Positions 24,801 to 37,507 of a DNA stretch of 64,000 nt are shown piece by piece. The notes beneath the pieces are model-generated. The model saw only the letters and a list, made by a program, of their open reading frames with translations, had not been told where the DNA came from and did not search any database. The position numbers and the translations under genes were made by a program. Position 1 is the first letter of the stretch. Every line of letters begins with the position of its first letter. Origin of the DNA: Mobula hypostoma (lineage: Eukaryota); NCBI RefSeq assembly GCF_963921235.1, contig NC_086097.1:34288001-34352000 (forward strand). The letters run 5' to 3'.

Positions 24801-25805
24801 CTTGGCTACTGGGGCCACTGGTGTTGCCCATGGGCTCTGCACAACCTTGGAAAGAAATCCTTCATGCTTCTTATGATCTAGCTCATTGGCTACTCTATCA
24901 TGGATGGTAAAAGGAATAGTTAGGCTTTCTAAAACTTGGGTGTGGTATTTTCATTTAGCACAATTTTACTGTTGATGTGTTTGATCTTTTTTCCAGTGCC
25001 ATCCTTGAACACTGCTGTGTTATCATCTACTACCTTTCTTAATTTGCTTTCAGTTGAGTCTATTGCAGGAGCTGTGGCATGCAAATGGTGAATGGCTCTC
25101 CAATCAGATTGTAGTTGTCTCAGCCAATCATAGCCTCGCAACGCTGGCCCTCCTGGTTTTACCACATACAAGCCCAATGTGGCTTTTTAGTTGTTGTATT
25201 TCAATGCTACAAATGTCATTCCCACAGGAGTTATCTTTTCTCCAGTATAAATTCTTCACTGGATATCTGCAGGCTTCAATTCAGCATCTTTGAAGTGCCA
25301 TCCAAATTCATTTTGTAGAATGACTGAAATGGCTGCACCTGCGCCTAATTCCATTTTAATAACTTTGCCATTCACTTCTGGTGTAAACCATGTTGCTTGT
25401 CTCTTGTTAGTTTTCATATTGTAAATCTTAAGGCAACCCAGACATGTGTCACTCTCAAATTTTTCAACAGCGGAATGCAGATCAGTGCTCTTTTTAAAAT
25501 TGCAACTCAGCTTATTATTTTTGTCTGCCTGGCATTCTCTTTGTATATGTCTTACTTGGTTGCACTTTCTGCCAGTTTCGTCTTTAAACCTTCATTGGTC
25601 TGGTGTATGTGAGCTCCTGCCGCAACAGTAGCATAAAGTATTTGGCCAGACAGGTTCCTGTTTGGCAGTTCACTCTCATTTTCATTCCTGGCTGCAACAC
25701 AATTGCTTCTCTGGCTGCTGCGTCCATTGATGCAGCAATTTCAGCTACACTTTAAATGTGAGTTGTGCCTCAGTTAGGAGCTGTTTTTGGATGTTTTCTT
25801 GTAAG

Positions 25806-26520
25806 ATAGAAGAACATAAGAGAAAAAAAGAGCAGGAGTAGGCCATCCAGCCCATCAAGCCTGCTCCACCATTCAATAAGATCATGGCTGATCTGACCAT
25901 GGACTCATTTCCACCTACCTGCCTTTTCCCCATAACCCTTAATTCCCCTACTATGCAAACATCTATCCAACCTTGTCTCAAATATATTTATTGAGGAAGC
26001 CGCCACTGTTTCATTGGGCAGAGAATTCCACAGATTCACCACCCTCAGGGAAAAGCAGTTTTCTCCTCATCTCTGTCCTAAATCTACCCCCCCCCCCCGA
26101 ATCTTGAGGCTATGCTCCCTAGTTCTTGTCTCACCTACCTGTGGAAACAACTTTCCTGCCTCTATCTTATATATACCTTTCATCATTTTATGTTTCTATA
26201 AGATCTCCTCTCATTCTTCTGAATTCCAGCAAGTACAGTCTCAAGCAACTCAATCTCTCCTCATAGTCTAGCCCCCTCATCTCTGACATCAGCCTGATGA
26301 ACTTCCTCTGCACCACCTCCAAAGCCAGTATATCCTTCCTCAAGAAAGGAGACTCTCTGCTTTCTATTAGTTGACCAATCCTCTATTCACTCCCAACTCT
26401 ATGCATCTTTATCTCATGGATAAGTCTTTTATGCGGCACTTTATCGAACGCCTTCTGGAAATCCAAATAAATAATGTCTGTCTGTTCCCTTCTATCCACT
26501 GCACTCATTATATCCTCAAA
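25806..26520 (-). mobile_element. CR1 fragment(s) nested in the Gypsy gag region
   Basis: CR1 3' tail and 'gagaattccacagattcaccaccctc' interrupt gag. Confidence 0.85.
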
Positions 26521-26560
26521 TGTATTCCACAAACTAAACAATCTCTCAGTGCATCATTAA

Positions 26561-26732
26561 AACATAGAAAACATTAAAAATAGGTGCAGGAGAAGGCCAT
26601 TCGGCCCTTTGAGCCTGCACCACCATTCAGTATGATCATGGCTGATCATCCAACTCAGAACCCTGTACCAGCCTTCCCTCCATACCCCTGATCCCTTTAG
26701 CCACAAGGGCCATATCTAACTCCCTCCTTCCC
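26561..26732 (-). mobile_element. Short CR1 3' tail insertion in Gypsy gag
   Basis: Reverse complement of the 39360-39515 tail; TSD CATTAA at 26555-26560 and 26733-26738. Confidence 0.9.
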
Positions 26733-28147
26733 CATTAAGCCTATCACTGAACTGACAATGCTCAGACAACTTCTTCAGTTCAGTCACGTAAGCTGAAATG
26801 GAACCTCAAGTGTTCTACAATCAACAATGGTTTCAGGTCTAAATGTTCCTGCGTTATTTTCACAACATCAGCAAAGCTCATTTCGGCTGGTTTGGCTGGA
26901 GCAGTCAAACTTCTAAGCAAACTGTCTGCTTTTTCACCAATTACACGCTGCAATCTGGCTTTCACTTTTCATTGGCTATGTCATTTGCTTCAAAATACAT
27001 TCAATTTACATCATGCAGGTATCCGGTGTACATCTATCTTTCCAATATAGCCAGATATTTATGCTTTCTATTTATTTATTTATTTATTATTATCACACTG
27101 TTTACAAACCTGTGAATTTTGTCCATTTTCTGCCTTTTTTTTTAACTTGAGCATCGCTCTCCCTTTGCGAAGAAAAAGAAAATGTCCTGCACGTCAACAG
27201 GTAGGTAATCCTCTCATGTTCATTTTAAAACTACCTCATTGCCATTATTCTGTTTTGTAACTTGAGAAACTAATCAAAATGAAAACATGGGAACCAGGAT
27301 GAATATGTTTTACTTTAGTGAGGCAAGCACATATGATGTGGTGGCGTAATGATATATGCTCTTAACGTATAACATATAGATTTATATATAACCTGTGATG
27401 AAGTATGTAAGGAAACGAAGAATGCTTAATCAAACAATATATTTGCAATATAATTCAAATATTACTGAAATATTAATTACACAACAGTGGAGGAAGCAGA
27501 CATGATAACAATATTTAAGAGGCACTCAAGTAGGAACATGAACAGGTGGTGAATGGAGGGATATAGATATATGTAAGTAGATGTGCAGCTTATATCGACA
27601 TCACAGTCAGCGCAGACGTCATGTTCTGAAGGACCTCTTCCTGTAGTGTACTATGTTAAGTACCATTGATCAACAGTTCTCAACAAGCAGGTCACGAGCG
27701 TAATTATCAATAGACTTATTGTGTGTCAGAATATCTGGAAATGGTTTCCTTAACATCCTCAGTTTTCCTGTTCATAAATATTTAAAAGGAACTCCTGTGC
27801 ATTTTGTCGACAAACCTGTGACAGAACTCTGCTGAGCATTTTTAATAATTTCATTTTCTATACAAAGGCAAACTACACAGTTTATAAGTTCCTGAGGCAA
27901 GTTTAAAAAAAGTTTGGAGTAAAAAAACTATTCTGCAAGAATAACAATATCTATGCATTATCTGAAAATTTGTACTATACAACCAGAGGTTAAGGATGAA
28001 AGTTGAAACCTTTAAGGGAAACACCATGGAAAACTTCTTCACTCAGAGGGTCATGAGAGTTTGGAAGGAGCTACCAGCACAAATGGTGCATGCGAGCTCG
28101 ATTTCAAGAGGTTTGGATAGGTACATGGATGGCTATTGCCCCGGTAA

Positions 28148-28570
28148 TGTCACAACCACAGATTCAGCAGCACAGCAGATACAGCAATTGCGCTCATGAA
28201 TATGTATGTGCCAGCTAATTATTTCTTTGTGATAGTATTTAACTCCATTCATTCCGTCATAGTGTTATCGAGACTTGGACACAGCACAGCAATGTTTGGC
28301 TGCCCGTTTGTATTCAGCCTTGCCTGAGAAATTGGACTGTCAAGTCAACTGACTCTGAAGATCAGTGGTATTCATTTTATTCTTAGTTGCTCTTTTCAAC
28401 CGCAGTGTAAGCTTCATTTTCTGTTTGAGAGTTTTAGTTAACGGTCCTGTTTGGCTTAGTGTTTATTGTTTTCTTTTCCCTTTAACACTGTTCGCAATAA
28501 AGTCTGCGAAATATCGACCCACTTCAGTGTCTCTCACTCCGCACTTGGGCCATATCCGCCCCAGGTGACA
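28148..28570 (+). mobile_element. Solo LTR (423 bp) inserted in a CR1 3' end (host about 27975-28670)
   Basis: TGTCA...TGACA termini, flanks GGTAA/GATAA, AATAAA at 28496-28501; CR1 tail resumes after 28575. Confidence 0.75.
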
Positions 28571-29929
28571 GATAAAGGTCGATGGAACTAGGCAGCTTAA
28601 GTGGTTTGGCATGGATTAGACGGGGCAAAGGGCCTGTTTATGTGCTGTACTTTTCTATGACTGTTATGCCTACAATTTGGGTAACTCAGATTCAGCAATA
28701 CAATTGGTAAGTAGTTACTAAAGTATTCTTTTGTTTCACAGTGGCATATGCTGTTGGTAACTCAGGAATAATTCCTATGATTTAGGTAAAATATCCCATA
28801 TTTAATGGGTTGATATATGAAAATAATTTCTTATATGGAAATTATGCAAAAGTGGCTCTTTCTGTTTAACCATGGCAAGGTATAGAAAGCTAGTCCTAAT
28901 GTAAGTGAATGCGATTAGCATGGATGGGCAAACAGGTCATCCTGGTTGGGGGGTGGGAGGCACATCCATTTCGGCACTCTACAACTCCAGAACATTATGA
29001 CAATGAATTTTGCATCCTCTGAGGAAACTGCCTTACTGTTCCATTTTCCAATTTCACAAAATATACAGCTGCCAACCTTTTAAAATAAATTAATAAATCC
29101 ATCCTGTGTTATCAGGAGGAGCAGGAGTGTTTTTTCCATTTCTACAGAAATCATAAAATCATCTATCTCTGCCATCCAGTACAGGTTTTCATGGGACCCG
29201 TTCAAGGGCCATTGTCAGAGTTACAATGGAACAATATTGGTGAGTAGCAGGTGTTTGTAGCTAATGGATGTGAAGTAATTAAGGCCTGAGATCCCATTTT
29301 GATCAAGTCTTGGACCTCCTGTACCTGTCTCATGCTCTGCTCACTCTTTGACAGGTTAGTCTGGGTAATTTCTACCTGCTGAATTTAGAATTCACATGGA
29401 GAAGACGTACAGAGACATGGTTTGCTTTCTCTTTCTCCATGCTTATGGTGGTTTCTTCCAGATATTGAGTATTGCAGGCGCATTCCTGAACATAAGATAC
29501 AGAATCACTTACAGACCCCATCAGTATTACTAAGAGAAGACCCAAAATCTGTGACAGTACCAACCAAGCAGAGACTCCACAAGAAGAACCAGTATTTGTT
29601 TATACGTCAGTGTATGAAACATGTTTATGTATAAAACATCACCAGATTAATTTTAAAATCTTTAAAGCATTGAAATGATATTGACAAAACTAATATATAA
29701 ACAAAATTGTAATATTTTCCTATTATTTAATTATATCTTATTATAGTGTGAATTTCATTTACACTATTATTATAATATTTCACAAGATGATTTCCAGGCA
29801 ATGATTATATAATGAGAACATTTTGAGAACAAGATCATATATTTTGTATGATACAATTTCTACTGCGTTGATCTTGTTTATGTAATCACCGTTGCAAAGC
29901 TAGTGAATGAAAGGAAAATGCATTTATTA

Positions 29930-31680
29930 TAAACGCAATTAGAGATAAAGGTGGGAAGATGTGCCTGGAGGCTGTGGAAGTGAGCGAGGTCTTCAATGAA
30001 TACTTCTCTTCGGTATTCACCAATGAGAGGGAACTTGATGAAGGTGAGGACAATATGAGTGAGGTTGATGTTCTGGAGCATGTTGATATTAAGGGAGAGG
30101 AGGTGTTGGAGTTGTTAAAATACATTAGAACGGATAAGTCCCCGGGGCGGAATATTCCCCAGACTGCTCCAGAAGGCTAGGGAAGAGATTGCTGAGCCTC
30201 TGGCTAGGATCTTCGTGTCCTTGTTGTCCATGGGAATGGTACCGGAGATTTGGAGGGAGGCAAATATTGTCCCCTTGTTCAAAAAAGGTAGTAGGGATAG
30301 TCTAGGTAATTATAAACCAGTGAGCCTTACGTCTGTGGTGGAAAAGCTGTTGGAAAAGATCCTTAGAGATAGGATCTCTGGGCATTTAGAGAATCATGGT
30401 CTGATCAGGGATAGTCAGCACGGCTTTGTGAAGGGCAGATCATGTCTAAAAGCCTGATAGAGTTCTTTGAGGAGGTGACCAGGCATATACATGAGGGTAG
30501 TGCAGTGGATGTGATCTATATGGATTTTAGTAAGGCATTTGACAAGGTTCCACATGGTAGACTTATTCAGAAAGTTAGAAGGCATGGGATCCAGGGAAGT
30601 TTGGCCAGGTGGATTCAGAATTGGCTTGCCTGCAGAAGGCAGAGGGTCGTGGTGGAGGGAGTACATTCAGATTGGAGGGTGGTGACTAGTGGTGTCCCAC
30701 AAGGATCTGTTCTGGGACCTCTACTTTTCATGATTTTTATTAACAACCTGGATGTGGGGGTAGAAGGGTGGGTTGGCAAGTTTGCAGACGACACAAAGGT
30801 TGGTGGTGTGGTGGATAGTGTAGAGGATTGTCAAAGATTTCAGAGAGACATTGATAGGATGCAGAAGTGGGCTAAGAAGTGGCAGATGGAGTTCAAACCG
30901 GAGAAGTGTGAGGTGGTACACTTTGGAAGGACAAACTCCAAGGCAGAGCACAAAGTAAATGGCAGGATACTTGGTAGTATGGAGGAGCAGAGGGATCTGG
31001 GGGTACATGTCCACAGATCTCTGAAAGTTGCCTCACAGGTAGATAGGGTAGTTAAGAAAGCTCATGGGGTGTTAGCTTTCATAAGTCGAGGGATAGAGTT
31101 TAAGAGTCGCAGGGTAATGATGCAGGTCTATATAACTCTGGTTAGGCCACACTTGGAGTACTGTGTCCAGTTCTGGTTGCCTCACTATAGGAAGGATGTG
31201 GAAGCATTGGAAAGGGTACAGAGGAGATTTACCAGGTTGCTGCCTGGTTTAGAGAGTATGCATTATGATCAGAGATTAAGGGAGCTCGGGCTTTACTCTT
31301 TGGAGAGAAGGAGGATGAGAAGAGACATGATAGAAGTATACAAGGTATTAAGAGGAATAGACAGAGTGGACAGCCAGTGCCTCTTCCCCAGGGCACCACT
31401 GCTCAGTACAAGAGGACATGGCTTTAAGGTAAGGGGTGGGAAGTTCAAGGGGGATATTAGAGGAAGGTTTTTTACTCAGAGAGTGGTTTGTGCGTGGAAT
31501 ACACTGCCTGAGTCCGTGGTGGAGGCAGATACACTAGTGAAATTTAAGAGACTGCTAGACAGGTATATGGAGGAATTTTAGCTGAGGAGTTATATGGGAG
31601 GTAGGGTTTAAGGGTTGGCACAACATTGTGGGCCAAAGGACCTGTACTGTGCTGTTCTATTCTATGTTCTATGCTCTATA
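29930..31680 (+). mobile_element. CR1 LINE, 5'-truncated, frameshifted ORF2
   Basis: ORF 30442-31581: DFSKAFDKVPH, GVPQGSVLGP, KFADD; (CTATGTT)-like tail. Confidence 0.95.
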
Positions 31681-31989
31681 ACGTCCTTTCTGTAGCTGCA
31701 TTATCCAGTCTTAGACTCTTGTAATTCTTGCATTGCTATCAGCTCATCATTCTTGCCAAGCAAGGCAGCATTTTGAAATATTGTCGAAGTACAGAGTTAA
31801 TTACTTTTAAAATCCATTAACAGTGATGGGATCGGCATTGTATTAGCTATGTAATTAAACAATCGAAGCCACATTTTAATCACATTCCCAACACCAGCCC
31901 AAGGATGAAGAATAAATAATACTTAAGTGATTCCTTCAAATGGACACTGCAGCACATTCCATTATCTTATTATGCTACACTAGCGGAAG

Positions 31990-32124
31990 AAGGAAGGCAC
32001 AACAGATTCTGAAGGTGTTGGAAATCTTTAGCAACACACAAAATGCTGCAGGAACTCAGCAAATCAAGCAGCATCTACGGATGGAAATAAACAGTCGAAG
32101 TTTCAGGCTGAGACCTGTCATCAG
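31990..32124 (-). mobile_element. Penelope-derived terminal repeat retaining the CTGATGA/GAAAC hammerhead core
   Basis: Minus strand CTGATGA-CAGGTCTCAGCCT-GAAAC-TTC-GACTG at 32092-32124. Confidence 0.72.
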
Positions 32125-32385
32125 AGAAAATATGCTGGCCATCCTGTCTGTCTATGCCCCTTGTACACCTCTATCAAGTCTCTTCTCATCCTCCTTTGCT
32201 CCAAAGAGAAAAGCCATAGGTCGCTCAAACTTCCCTTGTAAGACATGTTCTCAAATCCAGGCAGCATCCTGGTACATTTCCTCTGCACCCTCTCCAAAGC
32301 TTCCACATCCTTCCTATATGAGGCAACCAGTACTGAACACAATACTCAAAGTGTGGTCTAACCACAGTTTTATAGAACTTCAAAA

Positions 32386-32771
32386 TTACTCTCTGGAGAG
32401 AAGGAGGATGAGAGGAGACATGATAGAAGTATACAAAATATTAAGAGGAATAGATAGAGTGGATAGCCAACGCCTCTTCCCCAGGGCACCACTGCTCAGT
32501 ACAAGAGGACATGGCTTTAAGGTAAAGGGTGGGAAGTTCAAGGGGGATATTCGAGGAAGGTTTTTTACTCAGAGAGTGGTTGGTGCGTGGAATGCACTGC
32601 CTGAGTCAGTGGTGGAGGCAGATACACTAGTGAAATTTAAGGGAGTACTAGACAGGTATATGGAGGAATTTAAGGTGAAGGATTATATGGGAGGCAGGGT
32701 TTGAGGGTCGGCACAACCTTGCGGGCCAAAGGGCCTGTACTGTGCTGTACTGTTCTATGTTCTGTGTTCTG
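32386..32771 (+). mobile_element. CR1 3' fragment (subfamily of 29930) inserted in an older minus-strand CR1 (about 32125-32830)
   Basis: Near-identical to 31293-31675; TTAC at both junctions. Confidence 0.9.
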
Positions 32772-32829
32772 TTACCTCATGGCTCTTGAACTCAATCCCC
32801 CAAATATTAAAGGTCAACATAACATCCCA

Positions 32830-33075
32830 ACTTTGCTCCTTTGTTTCGAGATACAGCACGATAGCAGGTCCTTCTGGCACACGGAGCCCGCGCTGCCCAA
32901 ATACACTCATGTGACCAACTAACCTACTAAACCACACATCTTTGCAATGTGGGACAGAACCAGAGAACTCAGAAGAAACCTATGTAGTTACAGGGTGAAC
33001 GTACAAACTCCTTACAGACAACAGTGGAAATTGAAGCTGGGTCACTGGTGCTGTGATAGCGTTGTGCTAACCACT
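32830..33075 (-). mobile_element. HE1/V-SINE
   Basis: Reverse complement of 'gtggttagcacaacgctatcacagc...ctgttgtctgtaaggagtttgtacgttc'. Confidence 0.7.
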
Positions 33076-36000
33076 ATAGTACAGTGCCACCCTCCAGTTG
33101 AGGGATCTCAACTTTGAGGGATCTAAGGACTTGGATCCTAAGATCCCTTTGTTCCTCAACGTTGCTAAGAAGCCAGCCATTAACTTTGTACTCTGCCATC
33201 AAGTTCAATCTTGCAAAGTGTATAAAGTCCCACTTCACTGAATTGAACTCCATCTGCTTCTTCTCAGCCCAACTCTGCATCCTGTCAATGTCCCATTAGA
33301 ACCTACAACAACCTTCTACTCTATCCACAACGCCACCAACCATTATGTCATCTGCAAGTGATTTCACTGCCTCAAGTTTCTTTTTATCTTTTACTACAGA
33401 AAATTGTTCACAAGTGCATTTCATTAAAGTTGTCATTGCAAACATATTGTCTTTAACTACTTGACAGAGTACTTGAGATGTCCAAAATGTTGGCATTTAG
33501 TATTAAATAGGATCTATGAATATCTTGATTATTTTTTAGATTATATCGTTAAAGAACATTTTTGAAGCTCCTGTTCATATAAACATCCACTCTTACTTTC
33601 AATTTAACAAGGCTCTATCATAAACAATGCCTCAGGGAAATTTGCAAATAGGCATCATGTCAAAGTTACAGTGAAAAGCTGTATGACGTTACACAAACAC
33701 CAAAGCATGCTATTGTCAAGTATTCAGTGATGAGAGTTTGTCAGGGCAAAACCCCTAATCCCAAATTCAGGCACTAGCTGCTTAATTTTTCTTTTAAATC
33801 CAGCATGTACATTTACTAGTAATTTATGGTCACTGGAGTAGAAAATGAAAGAATTAACTGTAACGGTGTCAGGACACATCTAAGCCCTTTACAGCTTTCA
33901 AGGTTTTCTGAATATATCACCATTATTGTACTGGAAAACTGCCCATAGAAGTTAGGTAAGTGTATGTTGAGAAAGCAGATTACTCCCTCAGAAAGTAAAT
34001 AGTGAGGCAAAAAGCACAAGCTATTTCTCATCAGTGTCATAAACATATTCATTTCAAAAAAATAATGAGAGAGGCTGGTACCCATTGTACAAAATAATTC
34101 TATTTCCAGAACAAAAACAAATATAAAATAATTCAGTAGGTGAACTTGATGATTTAAGTGAAGCCAATTTGATAGAAAGTATTTCCTCTGGTAAAGGAGA
34201 ATTTTGAATATGTTAGTAGAACCTTAAAAGTAGTTTTCTGAGGAGTAGACACAGACTGCAGTTCTTCATACGCCCCAAAATGCTGATATTAACTGAAAAT
34301 TTCAGATCCTTGTTAGATAAAGAATAAGAAATAGGGAACCAAATCCAGTCATTGAACTTGAGGTATTGTTCAGTCAGAATCCAGCTGGGTGGTGGAAGAG
34401 GATCGAGGAACTGAAATTCTTCTCTTGTTCATTAGTTTCCCCTGAAGTATCTCAAAGTGCCTAAAAAGTGAAGACAAAAGAAAGTTATCTGCCAAAGCTT
34501 CCTGACAAGATCTTTATTCAAACCTTTTCTGTGTTTTTCCAAGTGCTGCAGTGCGGAATTTCATCAAACCATGCCAGCATATTATATAAACACCACTGTA
34601 TCAGAAATGGGACACAATTTGTTTTCACTCTATTGTATAAGATTGTGTCCTTGTAATGATAATGTGGATTGCAGAGCCATTTTCTTTTAAGTGACCAATG
34701 TCTACTAACAATGAGACCCAGCATGACACCAGCTGCCTTAAAACATTTCACGATAAATTAACAAATATAGCTTATGATTGTTAAAAGTAAATTTTAAAAC
34801 AGCAGACTGAAACAGCATTTGAGCGTGAAGGTTCTGTAATAATGTGAGCAATATAACTTGCTGAACTAACAGACAAAACAACTTAAGATTTTTTGAAGTA
34901 AGTATCCCTTGACAATACACAAAAAAAATCAAAGCAAGTCATATAGGAATGGCAATCTGTGGTGAGCAAATATGTTCACAGGCAGTTGAAATTAAAGAAA
35001 TTGATTTTTATTCTTCATCGTTCAGTGAAATATTGCTTTTAAGAATTTTGAAAAAAATTGCTCGTACATGTATCAAAACATGGTCGGAAACTTTCACTTA
35101 TCCTTCCTAATTTCTACTTCCAGCTACGCTGGAAATAAAAGAAGCCTCTCCAGAGATCAAGGTAATTTGATTGGAGATATTGAAAATGCAGTATGAATAA
35201 TAATGACTAGTTTTAAATTTTATGCCAGTGATGTACATTTACCTTAAATCAAGCATTCCGTGGACTGAACTGAAAGATCACGATACATTGCTGAATTGGT
35301 TTCCTGTCGTCACATGTACAGAGGTACAGAGAAAAACTTTGTTTTCCCTGCCATCCATACAGATTGTTTCATCACATCAGTACATCGAGGTAGCACAAGG
35401 GAAAAGCAAAATACAGAATGCAGACTAATATGTTACAGTGGCAGAGAAAGTGTGCTGTGGGCAGACATTAGGGTGCAATTGGCTGCACAATCGTTCCCTA
35501 CACTATATCTGATTGAAATCTAGGGAGGTAACACTGGCCTGGAATTTCCTCTTTATTTGTATTAAAATATAGTTAAATTATGTGGCCTAAAAGAACTTTG
35601 TGCATATTTCAATTGCATAAAATTGGCAATCAGCTATCCTCTTTGCTTTGTAGCCAATCCGCATCACATTCAGGTTACACAACTGGCCCCCCCACCACAC
35701 CAGCTCCTAAATGCCAGTCACTGTGCCTGCTTGAGGAAATGCAGATGGATGATTCTACACGCTGGGCTTGGCATACCATCCAGCAATGGAGTGCAACCAA
35801 ACAGCAAGCGTCCAATGGATGGGAACTCACTGCCTTCCATTCACGTGATGTCAGAGAACAGATACAACGCCTGCTCTCTCCAACTTTATTCCTGTTGATG
35901 TTCCTCCATGCTTTGCAAGTACTATATGCTAAAATGATGAGACTTAAATTTCACCATTCACACTGTCTATTAACCACCCATTTATGCCAGTCCTATATGA

Positions 36001-36262
36001 ACACCATCCACCATTCAGCCCATAGTAATGTTTCAGCACTTCCCTTCTGATTGAAGAGCTTTCAGATCTACGTGGCCTTACCACACATCCACACATCTAT
36101 TTCCCTGCCCCTTATTAGACCTGAGATTTTGGGTAGGAGATCAACCTCTGATGACACTTGGCATAAAATACCTTTAAAATAATGTGACCTACTGTGTTTG
36201 AAACAGATACATATACCTGATGCTGTCCACCACAATATCGAGTGAGCCACCACATGGACGTT

Positions 36263-36472
36263 GCCGGCTGGTGGCGTGGTGGCATCCTCACCAGACTTCG
36301 AGGCGAGTGGCCCCAGTTTCGAATCCGGCCAGCTCCTTACACGCTTTCCATCCATGCTGGGTAGAGCGTCAAGCTAGCAACTCGAGTTTGCTAAAAAGAA
36401 CTAGGCAAATATGCTAAAGAAACAGCAAGTTTTGCTGCCTGGTGTGCCACAAGGTGCGGAAAGGAACAACAA
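36263..36472 (+). mobile_element. tRNA-derived SINE, copy 2
   Basis: Homologous to 18544-18747; B-box-like 'gtttcgaatcc'; TSD CCACATGGACGTT 36250-36262 and CCACATGCACATT 36473-36485. Confidence 0.82.
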
Positions 36473-37212
36473 CCACATGCACATTGCTCCAACAGGTTAC
36501 TTGCAAGTATAAAACGTGAGCTTGCGCCACATCAGTATAGACAAAGTGGAGAGGTTTGGTGGAGGACAAGGAAAGGGAACAAAATCTATTGGTGCTAAAT
36601 GCCAGAGTGGATCACAGAGAGAGGGGTTGAATGTAGTTGCAGACAGAAGAGAGAAAATAATGGAAAGCTGAATGTCAAACTACAAAATTTAATTTATAAC
36701 ACTTAATTAAAGTTCCAGATTTGATTTCTATTGACATTTATAGGTGAGTGACTGCAGAAACATTCCATTGCTTCTACTGAAATGAGAAATATTTTAAAAA
36801 TCAAGTTTATAATATAGAAAAATGAAATACAGTGGATGCTAATAATTTGCTTTACAAGATAATAAGAAATAGTGAGCAGAAAATATCTTCCAACATGTGC
36901 TTATGTAGAAAAGGGAAGCTATGAAAAAATACTCAGCAGTGTATACTGTGGTATGTAGTCGTGCTCTCTGACAGCTAGATAACACAATACGTTTGATAAC
37001 AGCATTCCACAAAGGAGAGAGGTTGAATCATCCATATATTATCTTGGATGCTGAACAAAAACATAAGAATATTTTCTGATATATCAATTGAATGTACAGT
37101 GGGAATTCCAATGGGTTACATTAGAATCAGAATCAGGTTCATTATTGCTTGCATATGTTATTCTGCAGCAGTGAAAGACATAGAAATTACAATAGGTTAC
37201 AAAAATAAATTG

Positions 37213-37480
37213 GAGCGTCACAGTGGTGTAGTGGTTAGCACAATGGTTTACCGTACCTGCTGTCTGTAAGGAGTTTGTACGTTCTCCGAGCACTCACGTG
37301 GGTTTCCTCTGGGTGCTCTGGTTTCCTCCTACAGCCCAAAGACTGGTTGGTTGGCTAATTGGTCATTGTAAAGTTGTCCCGTGACCAGGCTAGGATTAAA
37401 TTCACGGTTGCTGGGTAGTGCAGCTTGAAGGGCCAGAAAGGCCCACTCTGCAATGTACATCAATCAATCAATCAATAAAT
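37213..37480 (+). mobile_element. HE1/V-SINE
   Basis: A box 'tggtgtagtgg', V domain, CR1-like 3' stem-loop, (ATCA)n tail. Confidence 0.8.
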
Positions 37481-37507
37481 AAACAAATTGTATGAAAGAG
37501 GTATAAT

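Larger units (their letters stand above)
22110..27486 (-). mobile_element. Complete but degenerate Ty3/Gypsy LTR retrotransposon (Mag-like)
   Basis: LTRs about 22110-22335 and 27246-27486; TSD GTGGA at 22105-22109 and 27487-27491; PBS TGGCAATGAGG (27234-27244, minus); double Zn knuckle near 25530-25640; RT YPLPRIEDIFANL, FGVASAP, CFLDD; integrase VHVDFSGPF, VSGNGPQF, SAPYHPATN. Confidence 0.93.

Noticed and set aside
31940..32704. 254-aa ORF as a fusion gene
   Set aside because: Chance read-through across Penelope, antisense CR1 and sense CR1 fragments.
34610..34650. GGACACAAT...ATTGTGTCC hairpin as a miRNA precursor
   Set aside because: The stem is only 9 bp, too short for a pre-miRNA, and no known mature miRNA is recognised.
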